Source: Tolypothrix carrinoi HA7290-LM1 (GTDB lineage Bacteria > Cyanobacteriota > Cyanobacteriia > Cyanobacteriales > Nostocaceae). Taken from it: a DNA stretch of 18,086 bases. Every line of letters begins with the position of its first letter. The stretch's first letter is position 1. The stretch spans positions 1-18,086 of the forward strand of contig JAHHIK010000141.1 of the NCBI GenBank assembly GCA_019358935.1, given 5' to 3'. The notes beneath the pieces were generated by a model, which was not told the origin of the DNA, did not search any database, and saw only the letters and a program-made list of their open reading frames with translations. Below are positions 7,884-15,980 of the stretch, one piece after another. A program made the position numbers and the translations under genes.

Positions 7884-8231
7884 GAAGTACCAAGACTGCT
7901 TACAAAAGAAGATTTAGATAATTTGGAAATCGAGCAATTACAACATCTGGGGGAAATCCACAAAATACGCAACTATAAAAGGATGGGGAAACAAAAGCTA
8001 GCAGCAAAACTAGAAGGAAAGGCAACCAGGGAAGAAATACCATCCTAATTAAGTAAACACTTCGGTTTGAGAGTCCGCATCTGCACACCAAACCCCCCTA
8101 CAGATGCGGCTTACGTCAAAGTAAAAAACGTGGCTTGCGTCAAAGTAAAAATTACACATAATCAGTTAATAACCACAGAAGGAAGACTCATGCTTACGCA
8201 AATAAGAGCGGAAATATTAACAAGTACTCCT

Positions 8232-8603
8232 ATGAGCAACTTCCTCAACATAATCATGCTAGTTGGCAGATGCGGACAAGATCCCGAACTGAAGTATTTC
8301 GAGTCAGGCGCGGTAAAAGCAAGCATCAGCCTTGCTGTCAGACCTCCCTATAGAAGCGAACAAGCCCTCTGGTTCGATTTAGTCGCATGGGGTAATCAAG
8401 CAGAAATTATTGGAAATTACGTTCGCAAAGGAACTCAAATTGCGATTACAGGCGAGTTTGGGTTCGACCGCTGGGCTGATAGAAACTCCGGCGTGACAAG
8501 ACAACGACCGGTAATTACAGTCAATGCCATTGAACTACTGGGAGGACGCAAAGAAGAACAACCCAGCAACACCGAAACAGCGATTGCTAACGCCAATTTT
8601 TAA
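8232..8603 (+). CDS. ssb: Single-stranded DNA-binding protein
   Basis: OB-fold SSB motifs LNIIMLVGRCGQDPELKYFESG, WFDLVAWG.QAE...YVRKG.QIAITG and DRW.DR..G..R. The probable start is ATG 8232 (MSNFLN), not TTG 8067. Confidence 0.92.
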   Translation: MSNFLNIIMLVGRCGQDPELKYFESGAVKASISLAVRPPYRSEQALWFDLVAWGNQAEIIGNYVRKGTQIAITGEFGFDRWADRNSGVTRQRPVITVNAIELLGGRKEEQPSNTETAIANANF

Positions 8604-8673
8604 GAAAAGCAACCCCCAAGCGACCACATTCGCCTGGGGCAACAAACATCATTTATCTACATAGGTCAAAATT

Positions 8674-9099
8674 ATGATTAACAGCATTTGCACCACAACC
8701 ATCAAAACAATCAACCAAACTCACGACTCCTCTGGAAGTTTAATAGTGTTTGGAGTCATGGAATTCCACTATCGGTCTAAAGAAGGACCTACAGCAGACG
8801 AAATCCCTTATCGCAGTAAAGGTGCACCTGCTGTTATCATCAACGAACTTGGAGAAGCCACTCTGGGAACGGCAATAGGATTTATAGATTTACAAACAGA
8901 CGACAGAGGAACATACAAGGAAAAAATTGCCACATTCGTCATAAGACAATTTGCTCCTTCTTCAGGTAATCCATCGGAACAAAGTCTCAACTCTAAGGTT
9001 CAAAAGCCTGAAACTCCTGATTTCGCCAAGGAGTTAGTAGAAGCAAATGACAGTGTAGCAGACGAAAACAAAGACCAAGCTGATGATATCCCGTTCTAG
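8674..9099 (+). CDS. Divergent SSB-like protein with an acidic DDIPF C-terminal tip
   Basis: 141 aa with a beta-rich N-terminal ~95 aa, a low-complexity linker and the terminal QADDIPF (SSB-Ct motif). Confidence 0.65.
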   Translation: MINSICTTTIKTINQTHDSSGSLIVFGVMEFHYRSKEGPTADEIPYRSKGAPAVIINELGEATLGTAIGFIDLQTDDRGTYKEKIATFVIRQFAPSSGNPSEQSLNSKVQKPETPDFAKELVEANDSVADENKDQADDIPF

Positions 9100-9158
9100 C
9101 AGACGTACTTTCTGTTAGTGTTAAATTTGAAAACTGTAGTTAGCTGAAAATTAGAAAG

Positions 9159-9203
9159 TAATGCCAGTATGGACGCACAAATTCATACTGGCATTATTTT
9201 TTT
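9159..9203 (+). terminator. Rho-independent terminator of the ssb unit
   Basis: 13-bp stem TAATGCCAGTATG / CATACTGGCATTA followed by T7. Confidence 0.8.
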
Positions 9204-9523
9204 AAGGTTTAAGAACTGCTAATTGATAAAATTATTCTTTAGTATATTAAGTGAAGCGCCAAAACCACTGACACTCTCTCAAAGTGTATGTGGTCAGGAT
9301 TACGATTGTACACGTTTAGTCATGGTGATGTTCAAACTCTTTAAGAGTTTAATTTGACACTTGGATCTGCCAAGTTATCCCTCAGCAAAATTGCTGAAGG
9401 ATGGCGGTAGATGTTACAGGGTCGCTTATGAGAGAAATTTCCCAAAAACAGACGCACTGTGCCACACCAAAAGTTTTCCTGACAATACTGATTGATGTCA
9501 ACTCCTCTTACTCGACTACAGCT

Positions 9524-10687
9524 CTAAATCAGGGTTTCAACCTCCTGTAGCTTTTCTTGAAGGGCTTGGCGCAGTTCGGCAAGTCGGGGTTGCCCCAATT
9601 CTTTGGGATCAATCGATTGGATGGTTTTGATGGTTTTGTCCATCTGTTTGTCCTGCTTGGTTTTGGAATCAGGGGAATTGTACTGCAAAAGCTTTTGCTT
9701 GACTAGTGTTCTAGTCTGCGAGAGTGATAGTTTCTCTTGAACAACTTGCTGAGTTACCTGAGTGCAGATTGCCACAGCTTCAGTTTCATCAACATTCAGT
9801 GCGAGAGAGGAGAGTTTGTTGAGTTCTCTCGCTTTGCTGCTTTCCAGTCCAACAGAGCGAATGACACACTTGAGATCTTCTGCCAGTTTGAGTAGGGGAA
9901 AGATATTGTTGTTGATAGATACTGGATTTAGTTGTAGCCCCAGCAAAACTGAGACAATATCTTGTTCCTCAAGGTCTTTGAAGTCAGCCGTTTCTAGCCA
10001 CTGCTGTTGAGTTGTCATGTCGGCATCCTTAATCAGTGCAAGCTCCTCAAGGGTCTTGCTACGAATTCGTCGGTTAATGAAAGCATTAAGAAACTTTGGA
10101 ATCTCCTCTTCTCGGTCTTTGAAGTTGGGGTATTTATGAATGGTTAATCGAATCAGAGCAGTTGCTAAGTCAAGGTCATGAAGTTTTTCGGAGTGAATAC
10201 TGGTTACTAGTTGGCCTTCAAACACTGCAGCATCGTCCAGAGCATCCTCTTTGAGCAGAAACACAGCTTTTAGAGTTGTCATTCCAGCTAATGGAGCTGA
10301 TCGCCACCTAAGTTCTCCGTCAAATAGTTTGTACCGTCCACCAAGTTGTGGAATTAGCACAATTGGGTTTTTCTGCCCCTGCCTACGTAGACTCTCCACT
10401 CGTTCTTGAATTATCAATTTTGGGAAAGTTTGTCTAGGTTGAGTAGGGTCGGGATCGATGAGGTCGATCGCAATGTCGTGTATTCCGCCTTGGTTAGCTA
10501 GTTGATTGGTGAGTGACTCAATTTGTTGCTCTAATGCAGTTTTTTCTTCAGAACTCAATGCATTTGCTCGCAGTTGTGTAATTTCCGCTTCGAGTTCCTC
10601 TACCTGACTTTTAAGTTGGTGGATTTGCTGTGTCTGCCCTGCTTGCCCGAATAATTGACTCATCTCCACGGGTTTTTTGCTTGCCAT
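9524..10687 (-). CDS. parB: ParB-family partition protein
   Basis: N-terminal coiled coil, then IDPDPTQPRQTF, GQKNPIVL and DGELRWR (GxxR CTPase motif). It lies directly downstream of parA. Confidence 0.92.
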   Translation of the reverse strand: MASKKPVEMSQLFGQAGQTQQIHQLKSQVEELEAEITQLRANALSSEEKTALEQQIESLTNQLANQGGIHDIAIDLIDPDPTQPRQTFPKLIIQERVESLRRQGQKNPIVLIPQLGGRYKLFDGELRWRSAPLAGMTTLKAVFLLKEDALDDAAVFEGQLVTSIHSEKLHDLDLATALIRLTIHKYPNFKDREEEIPKFLNAFINRRIRSKTLEELALIKDADMTTQQQWLETADFKDLEEQDIVSVLLGLQLNPVSINNNIFPLLKLAEDLKCVIRSVGLESSKARELNKLSSLALNVDETEAVAICTQVTQQVVQEKLSLSQTRTLVKQKLLQYNSPDSKTKQDKQMDKTIKTIQSIDPKELGQPRLAELRQALQEKLQEVETLI

Positions 10688-10692
10688 TAAAA

Positions 10693-11550
10693 TTACTCCG
10701 TCATTAACTTGATTAGGCGCTCAACTATTGGGTTAAAGTCTTCACTTGCATCACATCCAGGTCGATACAAGTGTAGAGGTAGTCCTGCTCCACTAGCTTT
10801 GAGGTGGTAATTAGATTCTCTAATGTAAGGGAAGCAATGAATACCCATCTGTTGAATCAGGAAGGGGAGAGTTTTGGCTGGGTCAATGTCAGTTCTTGGT
10901 TTCCCTTTTTTGTCTAACCCCAGAATATCCCGGTGTGCCCCTACGTCGTATAAGTCCACCCGTGTAGGCACAAACCCCAAAATTTCGGGTTTGGGTTTGA
11001 GTCTTAGGTCATCCACTTTGCTGTAAAACCAATCCAAAAAGCCCGCGAAAGCTCCCGTATCTTTGTATTCTGGTTTGATGGGAACCAGTACATGCGTGCT
11101 TGCTGCTAGTGCCATTAACCCCATTGGCTCTAAAGAGGCAGGAGTATCAAAGATAATCAAGTCGCTCTTTAAGGGGAAGTCTTCCAATTTATCTTTGAAA
11201 GTGTAGTGACGGCGACTGTAATTGTATATTTCTCCGATGCTTTCTTCTAAAAATTTACCACCTTGTATAGCCGTTACGGTGGAAAGATGTTCAGTCCAAA
11301 GTGGAACAAGGGGGTAATCACCTTTGAATGTTTTTTTAAGGACAGTAGCAAGAGATTGCTCCATAGACGCAGGTGCAAGTCTTGCAAAAATGCACAATGA
11401 CCCATTTTGGTCGAGTTCTATCAGGGTGACTTTATACCCTTTGGCACCAACAGCATACGCTAAATGAGTTGCCATTGTGGTTTTCCCCGAGCCGCCCGCA
11501 TTGCTGGCGATTGTTAATCGAACCTGGGTTCGAGCAGGTTTTTTTTTCAT
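10693..11550 (-). CDS. parA: ParA-family partition ATPase
   Basis: Walker A SNAGGSGKTT, A' LIELDQNGSL and Walker B LIIFDTPAS. Confidence 0.93.
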   Translation of the reverse strand: MKKKPARTQVRLTIASNAGGSGKTTMATHLAYAVGAKGYKVTLIELDQNGSLCIFARLAPASMEQSLATVLKKTFKGDYPLVPLWTEHLSTVTAIQGGKFLEESIGEIYNYSRRHYTFKDKLEDFPLKSDLIIFDTPASLEPMGLMALAASTHVLVPIKPEYKDTGAFAGFLDWFYSKVDDLRLKPKPEILGFVPTRVDLYDVGAHRDILGLDKKGKPRTDIDPAKTLPFLIQQMGIHCFPYIRESNYHLKASGAGLPLHLYRPGCDASEDFNPIVERLIKLMTE

Positions 11551-11675
11551 GGAAATACCTTCTTAGGGGGAAGCAATTATTAAAATGCTCAACTAAATCG
11601 GGCAGGAGTCCCAACACAACCAGTTGCAAACTTGGTGTCGGGGACGCCAGACGCCTGCACTGGCTTCTCCGTCTT

Positions 11676-11697
11676 CCCTTCGGGACGCTGCGCGAAC
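11676..11697. repeat. Small dispersed repeat (SDR-like)
   Basis: CCCTTCGGGACGCTGCGCGAAC. Its core CGCTGCGCGAAC recurs inverted at 13772-13783. Confidence 0.5.
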
Positions 11698-11799
11698 AGC
11701 GCTGGCGAGAGGCTTGCCCGGTTTGATTTGGCGCGTCCTCCAACTGAATTCCCTCATAGGGGGAAGAAGGAGGAGGACAGCGACAAATCAAACAATTTC

Positions 11800-12960
11800 T
11801 TAACCTACTACGCACAGTCGTGAACTCCTTCTGACGAGTTTTACCGAGGACGGGGAAAACTGACCAATACGCGACCAATTGTGGTCGTAGATTGATACGT
11901 TTTTGGTTTTACCAGTATTAGTAAATCCACCGACCCATCCGTAAATGACAACTTTATTACGAGTCACCTTAACGTAATCGCCAGACCTAAACCCAAAGGG
12001 TGTAACCGTTCCCCCTTGGCGCTTTAAAACACCTCCAGTAGAGTACTGCTCTTGGTGCAGCTTTCTTCGGAACAATTTAGGACGAGTGATTACAATGAAT
12101 GGCGCTGGAGTAACTTTACATTCTCCTTCCCAATGATGTCCGTGAGTATTGGCGGCATGGAACTCTTTGTACTGAATGAAAGCACTAGAGGCGATTGCAA
12201 TAGCGTCATTCGCGTGTGTTTCTGGGGTCTGCTTAGATTTATCTTTTTTGTCTTTTACAAGCCTCAGTTGGGTACGAAACTTTTGGGTATCCAACGAATC
12301 CACCTCGATAACAGGAGCAATCTTAGCGGCTTGTTTTCTAAACCATTCTTGACCCACAGTTACAGGTGATATACCTTGACCATTTTTCTTGGTGTTGCCG
12401 CCACAAGTCTCGTCTCTAATTTCTGAGATGGAAATAATCTTAGACATTTCTGCTAGTATTCTTAACTCCATTTCACGGTTAGCTTTGATACTGGGAGGAA
12501 GTTTGGACTTTTTGCGGTGACTTCTTTTTTTACGGTGATTCCTAAGCTTAAAGGGCTTTTTACGGTCAATTCTTCGCCCTCTACGAGAGCGTCTTAACTG
12601 TGTGCGCTTCTCCATCTTTCCGGTTACTGATTGACGGTCTTTATTTTTCTTTTTAGATTTATAAAAACCAGGTAAGCAAGCATGGAAGATGGCAATTGTT
12701 GCTAGTTTGGTTTGAAAAGCTAGTCCTGTAAACGCCTTCCCCCTATCTGTTCCGGCTACTACTTCTTGTGTTTTGTAGCCAGATGGTTCGTGTAATAGCT
12801 GAACGTAAAAAACTCCAATTTTATTACGCTTACCTACCGCTTTACCACTTTGAATCCACTTTCTGCATCTTGCGGGTGTTGTGGGCATAAGTGGTCTGTT
12901 ATCTGGGGACACAACTGGGACGCGGGTAACTTTTTGTTGACTATTTTTTGGTTGTTTCAT
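11800..12960 (-). CDS. isrB: IsrB (RRXRR/PLMP, split RuvC, no HNH), an RNA-guided nickase
   Basis: RVPVVSPDNRPLMPT (PLMP domain), RuvC-I GTDRG, Arg-rich bridge helix RRSRRGRR, RuvC-II IRDE and RuvC-III THANDA. There is no HNH/CxxC insert between RuvC-II and RuvC-III; length 386 aa. Confidence 0.85.
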   Translation of the reverse strand: MKQPKNSQQKVTRVPVVSPDNRPLMPTTPARCRKWIQSGKAVGKRNKIGVFYVQLLHEPSGYKTQEVVAGTDRGKAFTGLAFQTKLATIAIFHACLPGFYKSKKKNKDRQSVTGKMEKRTQLRRSRRGRRIDRKKPFKLRNHRKKRSHRKKSKLPPSIKANREMELRILAEMSKIISISEIRDETCGGNTKKNGQGISPVTVGQEWFRKQAAKIAPVIEVDSLDTQKFRTQLRLVKDKKDKSKQTPETHANDAIAIASSAFIQYKEFHAANTHGHHWEGECKVTPAPFIVITRPKLFRRKLHQEQYSTGGVLKRQGGTVTPFGFRSGDYVKVTRNKVVIYGWVGGFTNTGKTKNVSIYDHNWSRIGQFSPSSVKLVRRSSRLCVVG

Positions 12961-12964
12961 GGGG

Positions 12965-13199
12965 ATAACCCAATTACTTGTGTTTAGGAAAAATCCAGTC
13001 CCTTCAGGCAGTCTGATGAGCGTTACTCTCGTTCACGACCGAGCCATACAGAGGGTCAGACTAGGGAAATATCCGACCGTGTAACCTCACCAAACCTCAA
13101 TGCCCTAACCAACTCTTACGATGCGTACCGATGAGCCTAGCGAACTAGGTTTTCCGCAAGCCTACACTGTACCCGAAGGTGTCAGTGTAGGTAGTTGAC
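12965..13199 (-). ncRNA. omega-RNA scaffold of IsrB
   Basis: ~235-nt non-coding, hairpin-rich tract directly 5' of isrB, starting GTCAACTACC. Stems include 13161-13191 (CCTACACTG...CAGTGTAGG), 13136-13149 and 13054-13078. Confidence 0.75.
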
Positions 13200-13602
13200 C
13201 CGTATTCAGTTATCGAGATGACTCCACAAGTATTCGTTGTGTCGCTAACTGCCTTTTGGGTAGTAGGCAACAACTGGGCATTTTTCAGGTCGATGCCTAA
13301 GACTCATGGACTTATTGGCTTTAGCCAATGGCTATGGTAAGTCGCGAGTAAACCTGAGTGGAAAATTGTTAGAGAAGAAATTTTTCTGACCAACTTAAAA
13401 ACCCCACTGCTCGTAATGAATTGGAGTTTCATAAGTTATTTATGCAGAAGTCAACTTCGGCAAAATGTTCCACTTAGTCGTCAGATTTTTGAGTTAATTT
13501 TCTGGTTTTAGGAGACTTTGCCACTCTCCCCCGTAAATCGGAATTTATAACCCTAAGTTGAGGTTGCTCCATTTTGAGCAAGGTTTAGCCCAAAATGCTG
13601 TG

Positions 13603-13668
13603 TTTTACTACTATTAGTAGTAAAACTAACGTTAGTTTCATGCTCTCAAGCAAAACTAACGTTAGTTT
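13603..13668. promoter_or_regulatory. Candidate parS/operator cluster
   Basis: The 16-bp palindrome AAACTAACGTTAGTTT occurs at 13623-13638 and 13653-13668. An overlapping IR TTTTACTACTA-T-TAGTAGTAAAA spans 13603-13625. Confidence 0.6.
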
Positions 13669-13755
13669 ATTCTACACTGATTGGTTGTCTACCACTTGTA
13701 TTAACCGAAAAAAGTTATGAGTAATTCTTAGGGGTTAATTGTGTTGAACTGATTT

Positions 13756-13995
13756 CAGAAGGCAGAAGTACGTTCGCGCAGCGACGACCTTCGCGCTCTT
13801 CGTCTCCAAAGGAGAAGGCACGCAAGCAAGGGCAATTGGATGGGAATTCAGACCCCACCCAATCTCACTGTGCAACAAATCAAAGATTTTGGCTACTTAG
13901 TCTTAAACCCGGTTTGGGCTTTGGCATTAGGGCGTACCTTGAAACTTTTTCTTCCCTTCTGCACCCCGCAGTATGCCCAGAGCCGCCCGAAGGGC
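13756..13995 (+). repeat. Degenerate MITE-like repeat with GGCAGAA heptamers
   Basis: It starts CAGAAGGCAGAAG. The core ATTGGATGGGAATTCAGACCCCACCCAAT (13835-13863) is homologous to the reverse complement of 14721-14749. Boundaries are approximate. Confidence 0.5.
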
Positions 13996-14072
13996 TGATA
14001 AAAAATATTCTCACAAATAGGAATAATTACACTGTAACTAGCTCAACTAGAAGAACTAGTAAGAGAATAAAA

Positions 14073-14465
14073 CTACTGTTTTCCTACTTCTGTTTTAGTC
14101 CAGCAGCATTCAAGGAAATAAGCTTTGTATTCAAGGGAAGCATTAAAGAGGCGAACATCCGAAACAACACGAACCATCCCATAAGGACGTAAATCATCTG
14201 AAGTATAATAGAGCCGAAATAAAGTATGCCCAAGCTGAGATAAGATATCTTCGCAATTTTTTAAATAGCCAATGTGTTCTGGTAAGGCATAGACAGAGTA
14301 GCCTACACAAATTCCCAGATCTCAAATTGCTCCTGTACCATAGGTAGGACAAGGAAATAAAGCAACATCGACAAATGACCTTTCAAGCATTCCCCGAATC
14401 ATACCGGAAGTGGCATGTTTAAACGCTCGTGGAGTGGCTATCTCATCGTATTGATTTTCGCACAT
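14073..14465 (-). pseudogene. 131-codon frame with a single internal TGA (unknown product)
   Basis: MCENQYDEIATPRAF...YGTGAI*DLGICVGYSVYALPEHIGYL...KTEVGKQ*, with the internal stop at 14322-14324. Confidence 0.35.
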
Positions 14466-14610
14466 TCTCGCTTACCGCCAATTTTTAATCTATTGGTTTA
14501 AAAATTAGTTAAATAAAAGTAGTTAGCCCTTGTTCTATTACCAGGAAGCGACAGGAATTACACTTGTAAAACAAATTTCCTACTCGGAAAAATTTATCCG
14601 CCTTCGGCGG

Positions 14611-14790
14611 AAGGCAGAAGGCAGAGGGCAGAGGGCAGAAGGTATAAATTATGTCTTTGATTCCGCCTTCTGGCTGGAGCCAACTGGGTATAAAACCCCA
14701 CCGTCTACACGGTGGATTCAATCGGTTGGGGTTTGAATCCCCATCCGATTGCTCCTTCAGCATAGCTGCCTCCTGCCCTCTGCCTTTCTT
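14611..14790 (-). repeat. MITE-like repeat with heptamer (GGCAGAA/GGCAGAG) inverted termini
   Basis: AAGGCAGAAGGCAGAGGGCAGAGGGCAGAAGG lies at one end and CTCCTGCCCTCTGCCTT at the other, with an internal hairpin at 14721-14749. Confidence 0.65.
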
Positions 14791-15060
14791 CAATAAGCAC
14801 AAGTGTAGATGCGTCCATAGCCTTAAAACAATCTTGATGGATGCATTTATCATATCCATTTCGGTAATTTTACGCTTGTAATTAGAATTAGATAAAGAAG
14901 TAAACAATTTTCTAAACCTGTTGTAGTGTAATTTTTCAAGTTGTTGAACGTCAGTTCTGCAACGTCTCATACAGCATTCTTTTTCAAAGCATTTTCATCC
15001 ATCACACCAGCATTTTGTCAATATTTATAGCAAATGCACAGTCAGCTTAATGATTTTTAG

Positions 15061-15100
15061 GTAGGTGCATACAAGAGTGCGATCGCGTAACGCACCCTAC
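15061..15100. repeat. GTAG-type REP-like palindrome containing HIP1
   Basis: GTAGGTGC...GCGATCGC...GCACCCTAC. Confidence 0.55.
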
Positions 15101-15182
15101 GTCTCAAGCCTCAACAACTATCCGATTTTCCGAGAGTTGTACGTGTTACAACTCTTATCGATTGCGCATTGTAGCCTCTTTG

Positions 15183-15486
15183 TCATCCCGCAATCTCACC
15201 ATCAATATGTGGGGCAACCTCTTGTTCAAAGAACTCAGAGTCTATTGCTTTAATTTTTCCTGCCATTTTTAGATGCCAACCAGCTTTTTTTGCAATGGCG
15301 ATCGCATGCTGCGGTCCCTTGTCTGGCGCTAAGCGTCCTAAGAATGCCAAGTATGGTGGTTCTTGATGTTGGGCAACAAAAGGATAATTTTCTAAATCAA
15401 TTCCGTGGTAGATTGTGCCTACGTAGTTCAGGTTTATTTGACGTTGCACGTTACTAATACTGACGTATGCTTGCTGCTTATGGTGG
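15183..15486 (-). pseudogene. Internal fragment of a family-4 glycosyltransferase
   Basis: HKQQAYVSISNVQRQINLNYVGTIYHGIDLENYPF...YLAFLGRLAPDKGPQHAI...LKMAGK. Both termini are missing. Confidence 0.85.
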
Positions 15487-15700
15487 GATGATTCCTAAGC
15501 GGGAAAACCTGAGTGCGATTAATCCGTCTCCCTCTGCTTCCACGCCGAAGCATCGAACGGTAAGACATCTTTTCTTTCACTCCTGCAATAGCTGTACCTT
15601 GCTTGGGGATAAACCCCATTAAAACCAGATGCGACATAAACTTCTAAAGTTATCTCTTAAATCCGTTTCTAACCCTACGGGTATAGAAACGGTAGTTCAA
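15487..15700 (-). mobile_element. Internally deleted second IsrB/IscB-type element
   Basis: It has the end TTGAACTACC plus a hairpin (15663-15700), an RBS region GGGTTTATCCCC like that of isrB, and a peptide KEKMSYRSMLRRGSRGRRINRTQVFPLRNH homologous to the IsrB bridge helix. Confidence 0.75.
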
Positions 15701-15980
15701 AAATTGAGTCGCCGCAACTAAATTTATTGTGTCAGATGATAAGCACCAATGCAGTTCTTCTGCTTTTCTTTTAACCTGAAGGTTTTTAAAATCTACCACC
15801 AAAGTTATGTTAATTTATGAGAACAACCGTAGATTGAGTTGTTCAATAGCATATGGGGTATGAGTGGGGGCTATGCGTACCCTAATCGCTTTTTGAAAAA
15901 TTAACCCCTATACAGGGTATATATAGGTTATTCTTAGGGTATATTTAATATATAAAGTTGTTATACCCCATTTGACCCCT

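Larger units (their letters stand above)
11728..13199 (-). mobile_element. Non-autonomous IS200/IS605-superfamily element carrying isrB and omega-RNA (no tnpA)
   Basis: One end reads GTCAACTACC on the minus strand from 13199 with a subterminal hairpin. The other end has an imperfect inverted repeat at 11721-11793 next to TTGAT (11723-11727). The exact left boundary is inferred. Confidence 0.7.

Noticed and set aside
7900..12369. Track ORFs 7900-8091, 8808-8990, 9762-10010, 11432-11878, 11469-11726, 11632-11823 and 12052-12369, and the 8067-8231 extension of ssb
   Set aside because: They overlap real genes or GC-rich palindromic repeats, and SSB homology starts only at ATG 8232.
11800..12960. 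IscB, Cas9 or TnpB assignment
   Set aside because: The lack of an HNH domain rules out IscB/Cas9. The PLMP N-terminus and the upstream omega-RNA position rule out TnpB.
14322..14324. Selenocysteine recoding of the internal TGA
   Set aside because: There is no evident SECIS-like hairpin or redox motif. A nonsense mutation is simpler.
13836..15253. Track ORFs 13836-14192, 14509-14970, 14530-14736, 14651-14881 and 15065-15253
   Set aside because: They read through MITE/heptamer repeats (for example LPSAFCL-type peptides) and show no protein features.
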